Assembly: GCF_001194135.2 (NCBI RefSeq)
Contig: NC_068990.1
Coordinates: forward strand, 32,899,171 to 32,963,170
Direction of reading: 5' to 3'
Source of the DNA: Octopus bimaculoides
Lineage: Eukaryota
Length of the DNA stretch: 64,000 nt
The position numbers were made by a program, and so were the translations under genes. This document shows, piece after piece, positions 25,612-39,647 of this stretch. Position 1 is the stretch's first letter. Each line of letters starts with the position of its first letter. The notes under the pieces are model-generated. The model was not told the DNA's origin. It made no database searches and was given only the letters and a program-made list of their open reading frames with translations.

Positions 25612-26861
25612 CAAAGCACCAAGAACTTTTTGACAGAATGTCTGAAAATAACTATGGTCGGTCATTTTAATTAAGAAGGTTATAAATGGACAAAGGAATG
25701 GGCAGTCCCAGGGAGAAAGTGAGAGATGGAGGGGGACAAGGTATAATAATGGTGTTCTGACTGCTGGTACTGAGGAGTGTAGCAAATAGCAAAAAGAAAA
25801 AGTTAAAAAAAAAAAAAAGAGAGAGAGAAAAAACATGGAAGAAGTCCTCAGAAATCGTTGTTGTAGTTGATGATGATGAAAATCATGTTGATGATGATGA
25901 AGATGATGATGATGAAGATGATGATGATGATAGTGACAAAAACTGAAATGGATAATTTAAAAAAATTATACTAACCAAGAAGACACACATACATTCAAAG
26001 ACAATGGAACCTAAGACAAGCTATGATTACCTTAATTGCATTATCTAGCAATTATATTGTGGTCTAATATAACATCAGAATTCTAATTTGATCAAAAGAC
26101 GCTCTCCGAACCAATTCTTCATCTCTCCCACACCAACTTCCAAATGTAAAGAAACGTCTGTTCATTATTTTGCTTCATCTCATTACTTCTGACTAATTAA
26201 ACTCTAATTAGCTATTGGAAAGGTTTTTTTTTATTTAAATGTACTTTTCTATATTTTTTGTGCTTTTTGTTTTTCCCCTCTCTTTTATGAAGCATAACAA
26301 CATCAAAAATAATAAATAACCAGAGAAATAACTAAGATTTAAGGATATTTTCTTTTAAACAGAAAACTAAAAATAAAAAAAACAAGTAAAACACAAATAA
26401 TTAAAAATACACAAAGGAAAACATGATAATTCTAAAGATAACAGTTTTTCAATATCTTCTTGAGACCTATGCTACATACATTTCTTTGCATGATGATCAG
26501 CTAAAAATAACAATGAATGCACCCTCAAATCCTATTTGACCATCTTAAAAAATGAAGGAGGAACTGAATTAATGTAGTTGCAGGTAAACAAAAAGGATCT
26601 TGACTAGATCACAGTTGATCATATGTCTACTGAATTAGACCTGACCTGGAGCTAAACAACAATAACAATAGTTATTTAGGAATTCTGTTGTGGTGTGGTT
26701 TCATCATATATTTGGGCAGACAGACGGAGAGACCCAAGAAGATCTAGAAAAAAGTGGTGTAGGTAGTTATAGAAAAATGTTAGTGGATATAACAAGGTAA
26801 ATGACTAAGGAGTGAAACAATTAGAGATGTATAGCATTGCAGACCTGTCCAACCCTAATAT

Positions 26862-27080
26862 TGTTTTCAAATTTTGGCACAAGGCCAGCAATTTCGGGGG
26901 AGGGAGCTTAAGTCGATTACATCAACTCCAGTGTTCAACAGGTATTTATTTTATCGACCCTGAAATAATAAAAGAGTAATGTCGACCTTGGCAGAATTTG
27001 AACTCAGAACATGAAAACGGACAAAATACTGCTAAGCATTTTGCACAGCATCCTAATGACTCTGCCAGCTTGCCACCTTA
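26862..27080 (-). mobile_element. SINE family B
   Basis: Reverse complement of the 50695 copy. Confidence 0.8.
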
Positions 27081-27224
27081 TCTAACCCTAAATATTAAAG
27101 TAGCAAATTAATGATGATGATGAAGATGAGGATGATGAGGATGAAGATCACCCTTTTAGTATGAAGAATACGAAGTTGGTAGAAATAGCAGAACACCGAA
27201 CAGAATTGTAGGTAATATAAATTT

Positions 27225-27660
27225 TCAGTCCTCCAACCATCTTCTCCACCCACTCACTATTCCTGAGAGGTTCATTGGAGTACAGTCCTCAGGTACCTCC
27301 CCCAAGGGGTCCTGTCAGAAGCAACCATTATTAGACTTTCAGGCTGGATTCACAAGCTTGATCAACTGAGGTTTTGGATATTATCAAATCACCTCATTCT
27401 TTGCTTATTCCTACTTGGATCTCCTTTCAGGTGGTTTGGCTTGAAGAATCTATCTTGTGATTATTTCCTGTGATATTCTAACCACATGTCCAAAGTACTG
27501 TATATGAGCTGTGACTTCTCGTTGTGGAGAAGTAGTGGCTTGACCTAGAGAAAAACCCACGATTTCTGAGCTATGCACTCTGTTGAGTAACATTCTCTAA
27601 AGAATCCTTCGGGGGTAACCAGCTTTTGGATACATGTATTTGTGATTGTACTCTTTCAGT
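27225..27660 (-). mobile_element. RTE-clade LINE ORF2 3' remnant
   Basis: Minus frame ..QYFGHVVRISQEIITR*ILQAKPPERRS.. resembles RTE YFGHV.RM...R.P...L.A.P.G.R.RGRP. Confidence 0.6.
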
Positions 27661-27781
27661 CATTACCCGACGTTTATCACCAGTGGTGAGGACAGACACA
27701 AAAACTGAACTGAAGATAGCAAGTTTGGCTTATTTGGCAACCTCTCTTCTTCTGAGGATTGAATGCTGGAGCTGGCTTTCT

Positions 27782-28160
27782 GTGTCGTCGTCATCATCAT
27801 CATAATTTGGCGTCTGTTGTTCATGCTGGTATGGGTTGGATGGTGCAACAAGGGCTGGCAAACTGGGAGAATGCACCAGACTCCAGCCTGATTTGGTATG
27901 CTTTCTAAAGATGGATGCTCTTCCTAACACCAACCACTTCGCAGTGTGTGCTTGGTGCATTTGCGCAGCACTACACTGGCACCTTTACATATGATTTTAC
28001 ATAGCACTGCATAGGCACTTGTAAGTGGCACCACATGGGCGCTTCTACATGGCACAACACGAGTGCTTTTCATGGCACGGGTGTTTCTATGTGGCACTAC
28101 ATGATGCTTTTACATAGCACTGCACAGGCACTTTTACATGACACTGCCACAAGTGCTTTA
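27782..28160 (-). mobile_element. SINE family E with expanded ~22-bp internal minisatellite
   Basis: Tail and core as above, followed by about 9 GCTTTTACATGGCAC-like units (27960-28160). Confidence 0.8.
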
Positions 28161-28209
28161 CACCACTAGATAGATCAGTCTTAACACTTCTGCTATGTGA
28201 GTGTAAATC

Positions 28210-28400
28210 ATCCTCATTGTCATTTGATCTCTATTTTTTCCTGCTTGCATGGTTCAGATGGAATTTGCTGAGGCAGATTTTCTTTGATAGGATGGCCTTC
28301 TTGTCATCAATACTCACCTGTTTCTAAATGAGGTAATATTTCCTTATGGCCAGACATGATTTTTATGGAAGACTGAAAACATACAACATTGTTTGTTTGA
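28210..28400. repeat. Interspersed repeat; reverse-complement partial copy at 8865-8935
   Basis: TATTTCC..ATGGCCAGACATG.TTTT.ATGGAAGACTG.AAA is shared between the two loci. Confidence 0.6.
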
Positions 28401-28985
28401 TGATGATGCTCATTTATAACTATCATGAGAAGTCTCGACAAGGGTACACACAAATACATACATATATATATATATATATANNNNNNNNNNNNNNNNNNNN
28501 NNNNNNNNNNNNNNNNNNNNNNNNNNNNNNNNNNNNNNNNNNNNNNNNNNNNNNNNNNNNNNNNNNNNNNNNNNNNNNNNNNNNNNNNNNNNNNNNNNNN
28601 NNNNNNNNNNNNNNNNNNNNNNNNNNNNNNNNNNNNNNNNNNNNNNNNNNNNNNNNNNNNNNNNNNNNNNNNNNNNNNNNNNNNNNNNNNNNNNNNNNNN
28701 NNNNNNNNNNNNNNNNNNNNNNNNNNNNNNNNNNNNNNNNNNNNNNNNNNNNNNNNNNNNNNNNNNNNNNNNNNNNNNNNNNNNNNNNNNNNNNNNNNNN
28801 NNNNNNNNNNNNNNNNNNNNNNNNNNNNNNNNNNNNNNNNNNNNNNNNNNNNNNNNNNNNNNNNNNNNNNNNNNNNNNNNNNNNNNNNNNNNNNNNNNNN
28901 NNNNNNNNNNNNNNNNNNNNNNNNNNNNNNNNNNNNNNNNNNNNNNNNNNNNNNNNNNNNNNNNNNNNNNNNNNNNNNNNNNNNN

Positions 28986-29034
<49 letters not shown>

Positions 29035-29894
29035 GTATATGTACAAATGTTGATGATGATCATATACACACACACACACTGGTTTAATGAAAAAAACCAA
29101 TGGCAGCCTCCATAAAACATTTTCAGGGCCTCTGAGATTGATTGGAGGAAAGGAGGACCTGAGACCTGGCCCCAATTCATCCAATGGGGTTGACCCCATT
29201 AAAAGTACCCAAACACCAGGTGGTATTTAATTAGAATACATGTTAAATATAATAATAATGCACTACAGTTGATTTTTTGTGATTTATACACAAATCTTTT
29301 CAGATTTGGTTTAGTCTCTTGAAAAAAAAAAAAAAAAAAAAAAAAAAAAGAAAGAGAAATAAAGATTATTTAGAAAATATTCTAATAATTAATTCTCAAA
29401 CCTGGCAGAATATTTAGCAAATATTCTATGAGGGAATAAAAAAAAATGAAAATGCAATTATAATTCACAGCTGAAAATAGAAATCTATAAAATATTTATT
29501 TTATTTGAATATGAATGTAACTGTATTTCTAATTGTACAAGTCTGGTTTTCTCTCAGGTCAAAGGTTATGTCAATATTTTGTCACAATTAAGCACCCTCA
29601 TCAATATCGCAAACTGCATAGATTCAGTTCACTCAGCTATCATTTTAGAAACTTGATTTAAAAAAAAAAATATGGGAGACAGCCTATCTCTTTCTCTTTA
29701 TCCAACTTCAGTTTTTTTATATTTGTATAAATTGCTGAAATAGATATTTTTGAATAACAAAAAGTAGAATAGAGAGGGTATGTTAAAATCATTGGCTATA
29801 AATATGTGGTCACAAGTTCAAGTCTTAATAGAGATATTGATTTTGTAGCTTTGAGCAAAATACATGAATAATGAATTATACTTCACTAGGGATC

Positions 29895-30175
29895 ATCATT
29901 ATCATCATCATTTAACGTCTGCTTTCCATGCTGGCATGGGTTGGATGGTTCGACTGAAGATTGGCAAGTCAAGTGACTGCACCAGGCTCCAGTCTGTTCT
30001 GGCAAGGTTTCTACAGATGGATGCCCTTCCTAATGCCAACCACTCTGAAAGTGTAGTGGGTGCTTTTTATGTACCACTGGCATGGGGGCCAGTCAGGTGG
30101 CACTGGCAACAACCATGCTCAAATGGTGCTTTTTATGTGCCACCAGCATGGGAGCCAGTGAAGCAATGGCGATTT
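29895..30175 (-). mobile_element. SINE family E
   Basis: Collinear with the 39648 copy. Confidence 0.85.
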
Positions 30176-30719
30176 TATTGAATAGATTTATTCTTTAGTA
30201 TTTCAAAATATTTTTATGTAACTTTGGTAAATATATCTGTTAAAATGAGATGCCAGTATTATTTTCATTTTTGCATGATTTAGGCAACAGTTTATTCACT
30301 GCAACCTGTATATATATGTAAAAGTAAAATCCAAGGAAACCAGTGAGGATATTTATGGTTGACCAGGCCTGGAATAACTGGTACAGAGATGAGGGTTCCA
30401 GTTGATCTGATCAACAGAATTACCTGCATGTCTTAGACTATCATTACCCAACATGTTCTTTGTATGATATAAGGTAAGGGAGATTTGGTTTCTAATTTTA
30501 GCAAATCAAGCAGCCAGATAGAAGCTTCCTTGATGGTTCAATGATGAACATGATGATAATGATAGTTTCATTAATCTCAAAGAAAGTTCTGTAAATGAAC
30601 AGGGATTGTGGATAGAATTGACTTTAGTGTGTTACAGGTACCAGGGTGGAATGAAAAGTGAAGTTTATTTTATTGGGATTCGAACCAAATAAAATGAATT
30701 AGTGAACCATCAAGAACTG

Positions 30720-31000
30720 GCACTCTGTCAGTTATGATAACAGCCTTATCATGAAATTAACATGAAAGTGGCTGTGTACTCCACAGACACACATACTCTA
30801 TGCTTAGTTCTAAGAGAGATTCAGTGTGACATAGAATGTGACAAGGATGGCCCCTTGAAACACAGGTACTACTCATTTTTGCCTGCTGAGTGGACAGGAG
30901 CAACGTGAAATAAAGGATACAATGTGCTACCACAAATTGAACTCAAGACCCTACAACCCTACGACTGTGAGCTGAATGCCCTGACCTCTAAACCACATGC
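30720..31000 (-). mobile_element. Old diverged relative of SINE family C
   Basis: Shares GTGGCTG..TACTCCACAGACAC and GTGTGACAAGG.TG.CCC.TTGAA blocks with family C. Confidence 0.6.
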
Positions 31001-31381
31001 TTTCATCATCAAGATGCACCATTAAACCAACAGTCTAGTATTCTGCTGTGTCAACCAATTCTGACACTAATAAATAATGATGATGATGATGATGATGATG
31101 AGCAGGATGATGAGGAGGGAGAAAGAGCGAGATGCAATGAAGTGAGTAGAACATGAAAGACCTACCTGAACACTACATAGCAAACAGACAAACCTCTCTA
31201 ATTCATGGAATTATTTCGAAAGTGTCAACAACATAAAACTACCGATAACAACAAATTTCAAATTAAGTAGCTTCTGGATCATCACTTAGCAACACCATTG
31301 ACAGATATATATATATTATGTACATGCATGTATGAGTGTTCTATGGATATGTATGTGGATTTATCTAAGTGTGTGTATGTG

Positions 31382-31429
<48 letters not shown>

Positions 31430-31692
31430 AAAGTGAAGCCTTATGATCTCAATGTCAATGAATAAGAGTTTGTAGGCCTTCTGTGTTAATGCTGTGTCAT
31501 TAGCAAATGTTTGGTATTTACACTTGGAACAATGACTGGCCAGACTCATCATTGGTGGTAGTAGTAGAGGTGAGAGTAATAGCAGTGATGGTGGCGGTAG
31601 CTGCGAGTTAGATCACACAGCCAGCTCCTTCCTTGTCTTCATATATACACAAAATAAATCACACAAAAAATGCAGTAAAGCGTTTTATACAT

Positions 31693-31726
<34 letters not shown>

Positions 31727-32137
31727 CAGAAAATCTGAACCTGATCAAATATATTTTGTCAAGCTCATAGTTATTTATTAATTATCATGACTTAAATATC
31801 TTGCATTGAGTACTTTATTATTCTAAGTGGCCTGACTATGTTATTTTGAAACAGTCACCTCCGTGAATATGTGTATACATTAGGTTTGACCCACTCGACT
31901 GGAGTTCATTTTCAAGTCAGGGTCAGCTTTACTGACACTCCTCACATGTTCTATTCTAAACACTACTTGCTTTATGATAATAATAATTATCTACTTGGGT
32001 AAGACCTCCGGCTTCCTGAGTATATGTGTGTACCTGTATCTATGCATGTGTTTATCTATATCTATGTATGTGTAAGTCTGTATATTTTGAGAATACATTC
32101 CATCAATATCAATGCATTTCTTATGTTAACTTACAAT

Positions 32138-32578
32138 TTAATTCTTTTGTTACCATATTCCTCTTGGCATAAACCACTCTTGCTTCAATTAGTTTCAAAT
32201 ATAATGAAGAACTTAGTAAAATAATTTTGTCATAATTAAGGTGGTGTTTAGACCATAAATTAGCACGAAATTTTGAGTAAAGTTTTAATTTGGATCACTT
32301 TAAACCTTTAGCATTTAAACCAGCCATATCTGGCCCAAATATTATGTTCAAACCAGTCAGATATGGCCTCTCATAGCTACCCTATAATGACATTATAAAA
32401 ATAAACAGTCATATCATCAGAATCCTAAAGATATTAGGCAATGCAGGATTAATTCAAAACCATGGGAATAAATAAGCAATATGTTTAACAGAATAATCTG
32501 AATTTTCAAGGGTTAAAATAGGCTTGTTTTCCTCAGAATCACAGGTGGTCTCAGGTGTATTGCTATCAAAAGGGTTAA
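32138..32578. mobile_element. piggyBac-type MITE-A, second copy, interrupted by MITE-B
   Basis: TTAA at 32138 and GGG-TTAA at 32572-78; body similar to 24251-24842. Confidence 0.75.
32304..32512. mobile_element. piggyBac-type MITE-B nested at a TTAA inside MITE-A
   Basis: TTAA duplication at 32300-03 and 32513-16; ends ACCTTT...AAGGG. Confidence 0.75.
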
Positions 32579-33505
32579 TATACTGAAGTGACAGTTTATA
32601 ATTGGTGTTGTTGTCATTTGACCCAGTGTCAGGCCTGATCCACCAGATAGACCTATTATCAAAGACATTTCAGCTATAAACATCTCATCTTTTCTTTGAG
32701 CATAGTGTAGTATCTAATGTGATGGGGATTTAGCTTCTATCTCTGGCAAATTGAGAAGTTACACAGAGGTTCTTTCATTGGCATCTCATAATAACCATAA
32801 TTATAGTCAGTATCTTCTGTTATTAGTGTTAGTCTTTTTTATTTTATTATTTTTTTTTTGATAATAATCTAAATTAGGGTTGTGGATTGGCAGAATCAGT
32901 AAAGCATCAAACAAACTATTTTTGAGGTATTACTGATCTTTATGTTCTGACTTTAAATCTTGACTGGATTGTTTTGCCTTTTTTTTCCTTCTGAAGTTGA
33001 TAAAATACCAGCTAAATAATTGGATCAAAATATAACTCACTAAGACTGCCCTTCCTTCTGCCAAATTTGTGGCCATATATCTATACTAGTCTAAATTAAA
33101 TTAAAGTAGCAGAATTTCAGATCCAAGAGAATCTGCGACTAAATACTCTTTATTATTTACTTGAACTTGTTTTACTCTGTAGAATATCAATAGGATCAGG
33201 ACATGTTATGTATCAGGTTTATAGTCCCAGAATATTAGGGCAGATAAATAATATGTATCGCACTAACATCTTTGTTGCTTTCAATTTTTCAAAATTTATT
33301 GTCCATTTTATGAGAGCAGCTTTTATCACTTATTCCTGTGTTTTCTTTGGTTTTGCTCTTCCACAATTTTCTTTCTCTTCGATATCCTGGAATTTCTTTT
33401 TCTTTCTGTTACTCTCCACATACATGATATGCTCATGCTAATGTAGTCTTTAGTTTTGTACACTACACTGGATTAATCTTACACCTTAGATTTCACAGCT
33501 CTACT

Positions 33506-33899
33506 GTTGTTGTATTTGTTGGCACTCCGTCACTTACGACGTCGAGGGTTCCAGTTGATCCAATCAATGGAACAGCCTGCTCGTGAAATTAACTTGCAAC
33601 TGGCTGAGCACTTCACAGACACGTGTACCCATAACGTAGTTCTCGGGGATATTCAGCGTGACACAGTGTGACAAGGCTGACCCTTTGAATTACAGGCAAA
33701 ACAGAAATAGGAAGTAAGAGTGAGAGAAAGTTGTGGTGAAAGAGTACAGTAGGGTTCGCCACCATACCCTGCCAGAGCCTCGTGGAGCTTTTAGGTGTTT
33801 TCGCTCAATAAACACTCACAATGCCCGGTCTGGGAATCGAAACCGCGATCCTATGACCGCGAGTCCGCTGTCCTAACCACTGGGCCATTGCGCTTCCAC
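33506..33899 (-). mobile_element. Young tRNA-derived SINE (family C), full length, 13-bp TSD
   Basis: Head with A box TGGCCCAGTGG and B box GGTTTCGATTCC; (CAA)n tail; TSD TCACAGCTCTACT at 33493-505 and 33900-912. Confidence 0.9.
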
Positions 33900-34269
33900 T
33901 CACAGCTCTACTATACCATGCCATTCATGCCTACTAACATTGCACATCCAGTGAAACATCCTTACATCTTTCAATACCAATGTTACACTACACTGTATCT
34001 AAAAATAGACATAATAGTCATGGTTGGAATACCTTAGATCATAAATCTTGCCCAATGAAAACTGATCTGGGAAAAACACAATAACAACCAATAAAATATT
34101 CTTCATTTACACATATTTTATGTGTTTCCTTTATCTTTAAATATTTTTAATTGACTTAATATTTGTTAAATTATATTGTAACTGTGTATATTTATCTAAA
34201 GTGGGTGACTTCTTTATCATTGGTGCATTGTGATATCATTGTATGATTTAATTAGGTAGAAGAGGGAAA

Positions 34270-34625
34270 GGCAATACCCTCGACTTTGAGCCATGCTCTC
34301 CTCTGCCACACAGACAAGATCAGTATGGTTGACGCTAGCTTGAAAGTGAGATGATAACACTTAACACATGAATGAGGTGAGGATTCTACAGATGGATAAA
34401 AAAAGGATCAGGAATAAGGATTGGCGTATGAGACACAGTATCGGTAATGAAAGAAGGTTTAGTTTGGTGGGAGGTGTTTTACAATCAGTGCAGAGGATCA
34501 GAAGACGTTGTAGCAGTTTTGGAATACATTGAGATAGGACGATGTATATGTAGGCTAGAGATGGTGATGTTTTTGTAGTGGAAAGTCGGGGTTGTCATAT
34601 GATTTATAGCAGGATTGACTGAAGA
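34270..34625 (-). mobile_element. Possible CR1/Zenon-like LINE C-terminal remnant
   Basis: Frameshifted SLAYIYIVLSQCI / CYNVF*SSALI resembles SLAHRR.VSSL..FYRYYNGLCSSEL. Confidence 0.35.
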
Positions 34626-35516
34626 TTGTATGTTAGTTAAAATGTTCTGTGATGTTGTGTTATTGTTATACTCTTCTTAAGTGCTGTATTCAAATCTTGT
34701 GGGATCAGCTTTGTTATCATCCAACCACAGTAGACAGAAAACATCATTTGTATACTGAGAATTGATTCCATCGGTGACAACCTCCACTGACTTCTCTTTC
34801 TTCTGACTTTGTGTCAATGTAAAACGTTACTGTTGTATTGTAATGGAGAATGAGGTGTCAGCATCTCTCATAACTCTATATGTTGTGTATTTGTAAATGC
34901 ACAACACATAGTTTGTGTATACACAACATATTTATTTGTATACACAACCTACATTTTGTGTATATGCAACACATGTTTGCCTGTACATGACATGTGCTTG
35001 TATACACACTAGATATTTCTTCATTCAGTCATAATTCTTTAGTTTAATAGACTCAGCTGTTGACATGACTAAGATAAATATTTATGTATGACTTGTTGGA
35101 ATATATATTTTTACAGAGAAGAGTCAATGGAAGAAGTACAACCACAGATTTTTTTCCTCCTTGAGTAGTTTGAAGTACCCACAATGTCTGCATGTTTAAG
35201 GAAATGGTTTACAATACAGTGTCTGTTTTGTATGAGCAAAACAGCAAAACAAAAATGATTCTGACAAACATCTTTTCCTACATTAGCATGGTAATGTGGA
35301 TGTGAAACATAGAAAATAAATATAAAAATTAGATAAAAACAGCAAGAGAACAACAACTAGGGTAGGAATTGATCGCCAAACCCAACAAAATAAGGATTAA
35401 ATACAGTCATGCTTCTAGCTACCAATAACATTTATTTCTTTTGATAAAACATACGGTAAGTTATTATTAGTTAGAACAAATCATAGTTAACAATAAAAGA
35501 AACCACTGTCGTCATT

Positions 35517-35548
<32 letters not shown>

Positions 35549-36248
35549 CATTATTATTAATATAGTTGTTGTTGTTATTTGTGCAAAAGAGGAAGACATA
35601 TATTGACTTAAAATAACCCCAATACATTACTAGTAATTATTTGACTGCCCCTACCCACGACAGATAAAACACAGAACACCATCAGAGTTTTCAGTAATGT
35701 AAACAAACTTGAGATTGAGAGAGAGAGAGAGAGAGAGAGAGATGCGTTATGCTAAAGTATTTTTATCTTATTTTTTAAAAAGAATTTGTATAAATTATAT
35801 AGAACCATAGATATAAAATGGAGGATGAAAAAAGAAATATCTATATATATAAAACAATATTAATAATAGTAGTAAAGAAAAAAGACAAATTGGTTCCATT
35901 GAGAAGATCGGTTTTTCATTTCTACAATAAATAATGATAAGTATAGATGAGGTTGACCATCATAATAAATAGCCAAATATTATAGGTAGAAGATGGAGGG
36001 GGAAGACGAAAGGAAAAAATAAGAGAAGAGAAAGAAGACACGATGCTGATGTCATGGTGATGGTGGTTGTCTCAAATATACATCTCATGATGGTGATGTT
36101 GAGGGTCATAAGTTTCAGAATTGATGAAAAATGTTTTTAAAACAGAGAATTGCTTGAGTTTAAACAGTGTACAGGCAAAACTATCAATACATCAGCTCTC
36201 ATACCTTACATTGACGCATTCATATACGTGCACACAGACACACACGTA

Positions 36249-36303
<55 letters not shown>

Positions 36304-36400
36304 ATGTGTGTGTGTGTGTGTATGTGTGTGTATGTATATATGTATACACTCATATATTTGTACACACATATATATAAACATACATATACATACATATATA

Positions 36401-36454
<54 letters not shown>

Positions 36455-36562
36455 CATATATACACATATATATATATATGCACATATATGCATATATATA
36501 TATGTATGTGTACACACCTGTTATTACTATTTGTAATTATCAATAATAATAATAATAGTAAT

Positions 36563-36599
<37 letters not shown>

Positions 36600-37656
36600 C
36601 AAAAATCATAATAATTTCTAACTGTGACTTGAATCTCTTGTCAGTTTCAGTGGTGGCTGGGTAGACTGTGGGATGCGCGGGTCAGCAAACAATCATTTTT
36701 AGTTGGAAACAAAAAGTTAAACATGAGATGTATACTTGAGATTGGAATTTACAGCCGCCTTCCGCACACATCCATCAGATACACACAGACAGATGACCGA
36801 AAACACTGTCAGACATACATATTATATATATATATATATGTATATGGACAGTACAAAGTTTCAGCTCATAGATTTTGCGACCAATTCTTCAATGGCAGTG
36901 AAGCGTTACGTTTAAACATTACTTCAACTCTATACTGGAATATATATTTTGAAAGGAAATGAAGTAAGATATAACAACAGCATCATCAGTGAAAAATGTA
37001 CAATAGGAAAGAAATATAGACGAAAAATACATTAAAAAAAATGGTAATTTAAGCACATACACACAAACACAAGCACACACACACACACAGACACGCAAGC
37101 AGAGCTGTCGTCCATTTTTAACATAGTCACTTGTGTTTCTGGTTCTGTTTGTTAATGTTGATCTAAATGTGAGGATTTGTGGTTTTGTTATGTTCTTTGA
37201 CAGGAGTTTGAAGAATGTAAATTTTATCTGTGTTCATGTAGGCTTTTAGTTTTGGCAGCAAAGATCTAAATATGGTCAGATTCTTCTGTGTTTAGAAGAT
37301 TCTAGATGTGGTTTCTATGATTTCTAAATCTTATCTTTTGTTTTTCACGTTTTTGATGAAGTCAGTTCTGGATGTTCCTAGCCTGACAATTGACAAGACA
37401 TACCATTGTGTGTCTATGTTCTGAACCTAAATTTCATTGCAGATATGTAGAATAATGTACAAAGAACAGGAAATTGCAAAGATTGATGGACAGAATATTT
37501 CAAGTTAAATAAATAAATAAATAAGTTAATTCTAACTATACACACTGGAGAATGTGTTTCTTTTGTTTCTCTGTACAATATTTTGTGTATCTGTTCATTA
37601 GTGTATATACAGATATACACTGATATGTATATATGTATAAAAATGGCTGTATGTAT

Positions 37657-37689
<33 letters not shown>

Positions 37690-38499
37690 TATCTGTGTGT
37701 GCATGTTTGGTTATAAATCCATCCATCCATTCATACATACATATATACATGCATACATACATACATGCATACACACATACATGCATACATACATATATGT
37801 ATTTGGGGCAGCACCAAGAAGGGTTTTAGTTGAACAAATCAATCATTAAGTTATGGGAATGTAAAGAAACCAACCAGGATCATAATATGCATGCATACAT
37901 TTATACATACATACATAGATATACATACATAAACCTGTACACAGATGGAGAAGGCATAGTGCATAATATAGCAAAAATGGCAAGCATCAAAGTAAACTCT
38001 AATATACAGTTAGTCTAACGGCTGTCTTATTATTCCCTTCTGGGGTCTAATTTCATAAATTTGGCCAAATGTAGAGTTCCATCATAGCTACAGTCAAATA
38101 ACTGGAAATAGTTAAAAAGTAAATGTAGTCCAGATCATTTTAGTCCACCATAGTTGTTTGCAATTCATAGCTGTCTGGCATTTCAGTCTTTTGCCAATGC
38201 AGGCTGTAGTGAGAAATACAGTAGAATTTACATCGATATTTCTTTAAGAGGAGTGAAAATTTTTCACTGATTTTCACTGAATTTCTCTTCAAAATATAGA
38301 CTTTATGAGGTGCACGTAAAACAGTGCAATATATGAACTAGAATTAAGGCTAAAGTTGTTGAAAAAATACATTTATATGTGTTTATATATGATACATTTC
38401 AACGAGCAAACAGCAGAAGGGATAAAATTCACCAGAGATTTGGCAGCTCTGTGAAGAATAAGCAGCAAGCTATTTGTTAGCTTATATAGTTATATTTGT

Positions 38500-38780
38500 T
38501 TTATTGGTTGTGTGTCTGTGATGGTAGCATGATGGTTGTGTTAGCAGTGTGGTGGTTGCATCATTGGTTGTGTGGTTGTGTTGGAGGGGCTGTGATTATG
38601 CTGACAGTAGTGCGGATATGTTGGTGAGGTGGTGGTTGTCTTACTGATGTACTGTTGTGGGATGGTATTCATGGTGTGATTATAGTACAGTGGTTGTATT
38701 AGTGGTGTGTGGTTGGTATGGTGGTGGTATGATGGTGGTGTTAGTGGTGATGATATCATTGTGCTGCCGTGGTGGTTCTA
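38500..38780. repeat. GT-rich cryptic simple repeat (GGTTGT/GGTGGT)
   Basis: Low-complexity tract. Confidence 0.75.
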
Positions 38781-38844
38781 TTTCTAATATATTTGTATTC
38801 TTGGTAAGGTGCTGGTGTTATTAGTTATATATATATTTGTAAAA

Positions 38845-39183
38845 GTACATGGCTCAGTGATTAGGTTTTCAGGCTCACAATCATCAGGTAGTGAGTTCGA
38901 TTCTTGGATCAAGTTGTGTGCTGTGTTCTTGAGCAAGACACTTTATTTCACATTGCTTCAGTTCACTCAGCTATAGAAATGAGTTGTGATATCATTAGTG
39001 CCAAGCTGTATCAGACTTTGCCTTTCCCTTGGATAACATCAATGTCACGGATAGGGGAGGTTGATATGCATGGATGACTGCTGGTCTTCCATAAATACCC
39101 TTATCCAGACTTGTGCCATGAAGAATAACTTTCTAGGTACAATCCCATGGTCATTCATGTCCGAAGGGGGCCTTTACCTTTAC
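38845..39183 (+). mobile_element. SINE family D
   Basis: Collinear with 11122-11457; B box GAGTTCGATTC. Confidence 0.85.
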
Positions 39184-39647
39184 TTAGATGTGTTTTGGTC
39201 ATTTATCTCTTTTGTTCAATGATGAGGATTCACTAGTTTCATCAACTGAATAACTTGCTCCTGAATTAATACATAAGTGGCAGAGTATTCCACAGTCATG
39301 TGTACTCTTAATAAAATTCACTGACAGAATCAGTGTGACACAGTGGGTACCTTTTAAGATACAGGCATAATCCATTTGATGGTCTTCTATACAGTTTCCA
39401 TCTACTCAGCTTCATCCCAATGTATGAGTGAATCCAAGATCATAGACAAAACTCAGGGCCTTGTGGTTGCCAAAGAAACTTCTTAACAATTTTGGGGTTA
39501 TTCAAATAGCTTCACAAATACAGCGTTCAGATAATATAAATATATTCCCATATTAATTTTCTTTTACTTATTGCTTGAGAGAAAGTGGGAAATATAAGAT
39601 AATATAATTATGTGTGTGGGTGTGTGTACATGAAGATATACATGTAT

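Noticed and set aside
33820-33899. tRNA gene at SINE family C heads (also 44995-45074 and 46220-46297)
   Set aside because: A and B boxes are present, but the sequence continues into a conserved SINE body with TSDs and I see no closing acceptor stem.
35111-35356. 81-aa minus ORF, or a plus-strand exon between 35118 and 35290
   Set aside because: All plus frames contain stops and the minus peptide is unrecognisable.
37855-37868. Partial miR-1-like sequence GGAATGTAAAGAA
   Set aside because: The 3' half is absent, and it lies in a degraded SINE-A-like fragment.
39568-39580. 13-nt match to the start of miR-137 (TTATTGCTTGAGA)
   Set aside because: The match stops at 13 nt and there is no precursor hairpin.
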